NCBI GenBank assembly: GCA_036172245.1
Contig: JAYWIR010000039.1
Span: 992,001-1,056,000 of the forward strand
DNA length: 64,000 nt
Direction: 5' to 3'
Origin: Raillietiella orientalis
Taxonomy: Eukaryota
How positions within the stretch are numbered: position 1 is the first letter of the stretch; the number at the start of each line of letters is the position of its first letter. Positions 59,876 to 64,000 of this stretch are shown piece by piece. A program made the translations under genes and the position numbers. The notes beneath the pieces were generated by a model, which ran no database searches, was not told the origin of the DNA, and saw nothing but the letters and a program-made list of their open reading frames with translations.

Positions 59876-62162
59876 GGCGGGGCCGACGACTGGGAGCTGT
59901 CCAGTGAACTTCCAGGATGTGGGAGCGATTGCATTATGCTCCTATCTGCACTTCGGAAGAAAGGGAAACTTCCGGCGCGCGCGACCGCGCGGCGTTTTAT
60001 CGATGAAAGCTCCGGAGTGAGTTGGGAAAAGTGCGGGGGACGTGAGGGGGGCGAAGGAGGCAGAAAAAAAGGAAAAAAAAAAAACGAAAGTAGACTCCTC
60101 TAAGGTTAGATCTAATCTGCCAGGCAGTTCCTCAGCTGCCATTGACACAGAGTTGAGGTGGATAACATCAGATGTGCAGATATCGCCATCCGAATTCGCG
60201 TGATATCCTTTTTTTTTTTCCTTCTTGTTCCTCCTTTCCTTTTTCTTCCGAGAGCTCATGCGCCCCTCCTGATAAGAGCAGGAGCACCTTTCGAGAAGGC
60301 GCGCGCGCGTTGCTTGCCGAAAAGGGACGGGAGCTCTCTCGTTTCCCGGATCGGAGCCAGGGATTGTCTGCGGCAGGTCGCGCACGGGGGGACCGTTAGG
60401 GTCACATCCGGAGATTCCCTCCGCGCCCTCTTGAAAAAAGAAAGTGGTTCGATGGGAGGGGGGGTTCCTCACAGCGCGAAAAAAAAAAGAAAAAAAAACC
60501 CTCGCTTGAGCGCCTCTGCTCCCCTCTGCCAGCTTCCGCGCGAAGCGCTCCACGAACGAGACGCTGGTTATATACCGAGATCAAGGGCGTATCCTAGCGA
60601 TGAGCTCGCGGTCGAGCGGGGACGGAAGCCCGCGTGGGGCGCCGTGGAGCTGCTGGCTGGCGGTTCGCTTCCCGCGCCCGTCCGCGAATGATGCTGTGTG
60701 AGAGGGTGCGGCGGGAATGGTGAAAGGAAAAAACAGGAAGGAAAAAAATAGGCGAGCGCGCGCGCTACTCCTGTTGCTCATCGCATGCCTGCTGGCAGTG
60801 TAGATAACAACAAGGAGTGAAAAGAATGTGCAGGTCGCCGTAGATAGGAAGCGAAGGCGCGTAAGTCGCTTTCGTGCCAAAGGGGCGTCCACACCTCCGT
60901 TGCTTTTTTGCCCCCCCCCCCCCTTCTTGAGCGAGATGCATTCGCCCACGTTTTGGATGAATGGAAACTACGCTGCCTGCTAGACTGGTTTCTCGCTTTC
61001 CCTGGTCCATCGTCCCAGCATCACCTGCCCTGCCCCGCGAAAACAAACAACTTGTCTGAGAGTCGAAAGAAGAGGTGCAAGAAAGAGGCGCTTTTCCGTC
61101 AGAGGCGGGAACGCGCACTTCCCTTCAGAGCAGGGGGGGGGGGAAGGGACCAGGGTTGCGAGAGAACGGGCTCGTGTCGCTGTACAGTTGAGCCACCTGA
61201 AACCGCCCCGGAGATGAGTTGTTCAGAGGCTTCTTTCTTGCACCCTGCTTTTTACGCCGCAGAGCCACACTCCACGCGGTCCCGTTGCAAGTCGCTCATC
61301 CTGTATTTTGGTCACCCAGTCACTCCGGGGCGTTTATTTCATAAAAACATAATAGTAACAAACCCGTTGGGAACGCATTTCCCAACCGAGGGCAACGAAG
61401 GTTCAAGGGGAGGGTCCACCAACACGCGGGCCGGGATAGCGGAATGTCCCGAAAGGGAGAGGGACAAAAGGGCAACAAAAAAATTAAATAAAATAAATCC
61501 GGTGGGATCTTTGAGTTCGCTCCGTGTGCGCCGAGATCAAAACAAAAAACAACGACAACGGGGAAGTTGAGGAGCGAACGGGGATGGGGAATAATTCCCT
61601 ATTCGGGATTGCACTTCTGGGCGCCATGCCGGCCGTGCAGTCTGACGTCACCTCGCGTAGCCGCCGCACTAGAGGAGGGCGCGTTTCCACCTGTCTGTCT
61701 TTCGGGACTGCACTGTTAGGCTCCACGCTGATGGCGCTCGTCGGTGCCAGAACTCATTCGGTAGAGCCGACCTCGAGAAAGCTGCAGCAACCGCGGAAAG
61801 GGGGCGGATGCTTGCTTGACCCGCTCGCGTTTGTTTCGGCGGCGGCAGCGACCGATCCCTAGCGCTGGACTTCCTCTGAGAGATCCAGGATTCTCCTTAA
61901 GGACTTGGCGGTTCCGCGTCGGAATGCCGGTTTAGGCATTCTGACGTTGGAGAGGATCGGACTGCAGGTGCAGTTCCGGATGCTGGCACTTTGTGCCAAA
62001 CTATGGTCGACGCCGTGGTGTGATCCCGCGCGCCTGCTACTGTGACGCTGCACCGGCAGCGGAGGACTGCTTTCGTTGCTGCCGCACGCCGAGGGCGCCA
62101 CGAGAGGCTTCGGCTTCCTGCTGAGGCTGCTTAACAAGTTCCTGGAAGCCCATTCTTGGATC

Positions 62163-62199
62163 TCCTGCCGCCAACGAACTTTAACGCCTGGCGGCAGGA
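62163..62199. repeat. Perfect GC-rich 11-bp inverted repeat (hairpin)
   Basis: tcctgccgcca-[15 nt]-tggcggcagga. Confidence 0.8.
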
Positions 62200-64000
62200 A
62201 GCGTTATCGTCCTGGGCAAGGCATCCGGAAGTGCCTCTAACCGAACTTCGGTGCGTGCACCTTTCCCCTTACCTTCCGTTGGAGGATGTGATGCGAGACC
62301 AAGGCCAGTGAACCAGCCTCGCCGCCACGCCACTTGCCGCAGCGCCCTCTGCCCTCAGGGAAAGAGATGATAGTTGCCTACCGGCGGGGTGGGAGGTCGC
62401 CTGCACGATCGCAGGAGCAACCCGACCCATGGGCGTCTGGAGAATCAGCGAACTGGCAGACGCCGTCACGCCTCGCCACATCCCCAAGGGACTCCTTCGG
62501 TGGAGCGAACTGTGCCCCCCGAAGAACTTGTGGTCCCTCCCTCGTGCGTGGACACTTCTGTGTTTCCTTTTCAACGGAAGCAGGACCTGCTCTTGCGGGT
62601 GCATTGGGGCTTCCATTGCAGCCAGCTCAGCAACAGTGTTTCCGGGGGAGTTGCCTCCCCGAACTGTAGAAGCAGCGGAAATGCTCGCGCACCTTGCTCT
62701 TCGACTGCGGTGTCCTTCAAGGACTGTGGCAGAGGTGGCTTCAGCTCTCCTGCACCACTGCAAGGACTTCTATGCGCCGCTTCTTCACACCAGGAGGCCT
62801 CTCATTGGGTGCGGCCATCGCAACGACTGTTGCATCCACGCCATCGTCACGGCCCACCGCCAGTTGGAGACGCAGGCGATCCCTCGATAGACCACCGCAA
62901 TCGCCGACGACAACATGAGGACAGCTGCCAGATGGCCTCATCTTCCAGAAGAAGTTACAAAGATCTCCGGCATCCAACTGTGGTTCTGAAAGGAAGGAGC
63001 AGCCGAAGCCAAAGGACTTCTGTCCTCAACCCTCCCCTTATCTTTTTTGTATTTTTTATGTATCTGTTTGCGGTGCCCTCCCTCCCGTTTCGGACTTTCG
63101 AAGTGCCTGACCTGCGTATCAGGGAGCCCTTCCCTCGAACTTCTCTTCCCTTTGTCTGGGAACTTTGTTCTCGGGTAGTTTTTAAAGAAGCGCCCCGGCG
63201 GATTCGGGTGAACAGAGCTGGGCTTCGAAATGCGAAGCAGCCAGAGAAGCCTCAGCTGTGCAGAGAATGGATGCAGACCTCCCCTTCTCTCTGAGTTGTC
63301 CCTCTGCAAGAAAAGCTCTCCCCTAAATGAGGGAGATCTTCGGGCACGTTGCTCGCCACTGCCTCTTTTAGCCGCCACCTCTTCTGCATGGAGAGGTATG
63401 GCTCGGATTCCGGGAGGGTCAGGGTCTCCGAGGGTCCCTCTTTTCGAATCCGCAGAGTCGCAACGCCTTGTCTGAAACGTAAACCGAGTCGCATCTCCGA
63501 TGAGGCAGGAGACGCGCGTCCCGCCTCCATTCGGTGGAGGAGCTTTCCCGACTTCGGGATTTTGCGGAAATCGTCTCTGAGGGCTGGACCTCGGATAGGA
63601 GATCTCTTGCTCCCTGTGTTTCCCCGGCGAGTCCTCGAAATCTCAAGGAAGTCGTTCCCGCGCTCTCCATCCACCATGCCACCGCGAGCAAGGCACCTGC
63701 GCTCCGCACGGGTCGCCACCTCGCCGCTTTCCTGTCGCTGCGCTTGGACGAGGCGGAGCTCCGCGAAGGGCATGCATTTTCGCTCCGGATGAAGATCGGC
63801 AGCGCCAGGATTCCACAGTGATCGACGAGGCCTTCGGTGCCTGTGGGGCTCTCTCAGTTCGGGAAACCTCTCCTTGGCGACTCCCGACCCGCTGGCCATC
63901 CCAGGTGCAAATTTGCCTGGCGAGCCAAGCAGGGATCGCTGGCCAGGATTCGAATTTCTTCTCCTTGAAAACAACCACATTTTCCTCCTTCAGGCTCCGC

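Noticed and set aside
59942..63980. Many overlapping 100-300-aa ORFs on both strands
   Set aside because: Expected in GC-rich DNA; no recognisable domain, transposase, reverse transcriptase or consistent splice model.

Overview
Eukaryotic genomic DNA, very probably from an arthropod: the aldolase N-terminus MTTYFHYP and a TATA+TCAGTC promoter are arthropod-like, but I cannot name the species. Most introns are very short (41-57 nt). The left half (about 4.4-28.1 kb) is mostly AT-rich and holds five housekeeping genes I reconstructed exon by exon. These are RPA12/POLR1H and RBM18 (convergent, stops 17 nt apart), POP5, and CCDC86 and fructose-bisphosphate aldolase (convergent, stops 60 nt apart). 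Two multi-exon orphan genes lie at 0.4-0.75 kb and 12.6-13.2 kb. The right half (37-60 kb, increasingly GC-rich) carries four co-oriented minus-strand genes for mutually dissimilar, low-complexity, probably secreted proteins (SYGAP/SYGPP-containing, Phe/Tyr/Pro-rich, Tyr/Pro/Trp-rich, GYGGL-repeat). Together they look like a lineage-specific extracellular-structure cluster, interspersed with decayed coding-like relics and repeats. Notable oddities: a GT-GG intron in RBM18, no in-frame ATG for RPA12, a 3.7-kb POP5 first intron among ~45-nt introns, a 9-aa insertion in aldolase, and twin 27-bp arrays bracketing one secreted-protein gene. No tRNA, rRNA, CRISPR array or recognisable transposon/viral ORF was seen. 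All gene models are manual and unverified by transcripts or database searches.
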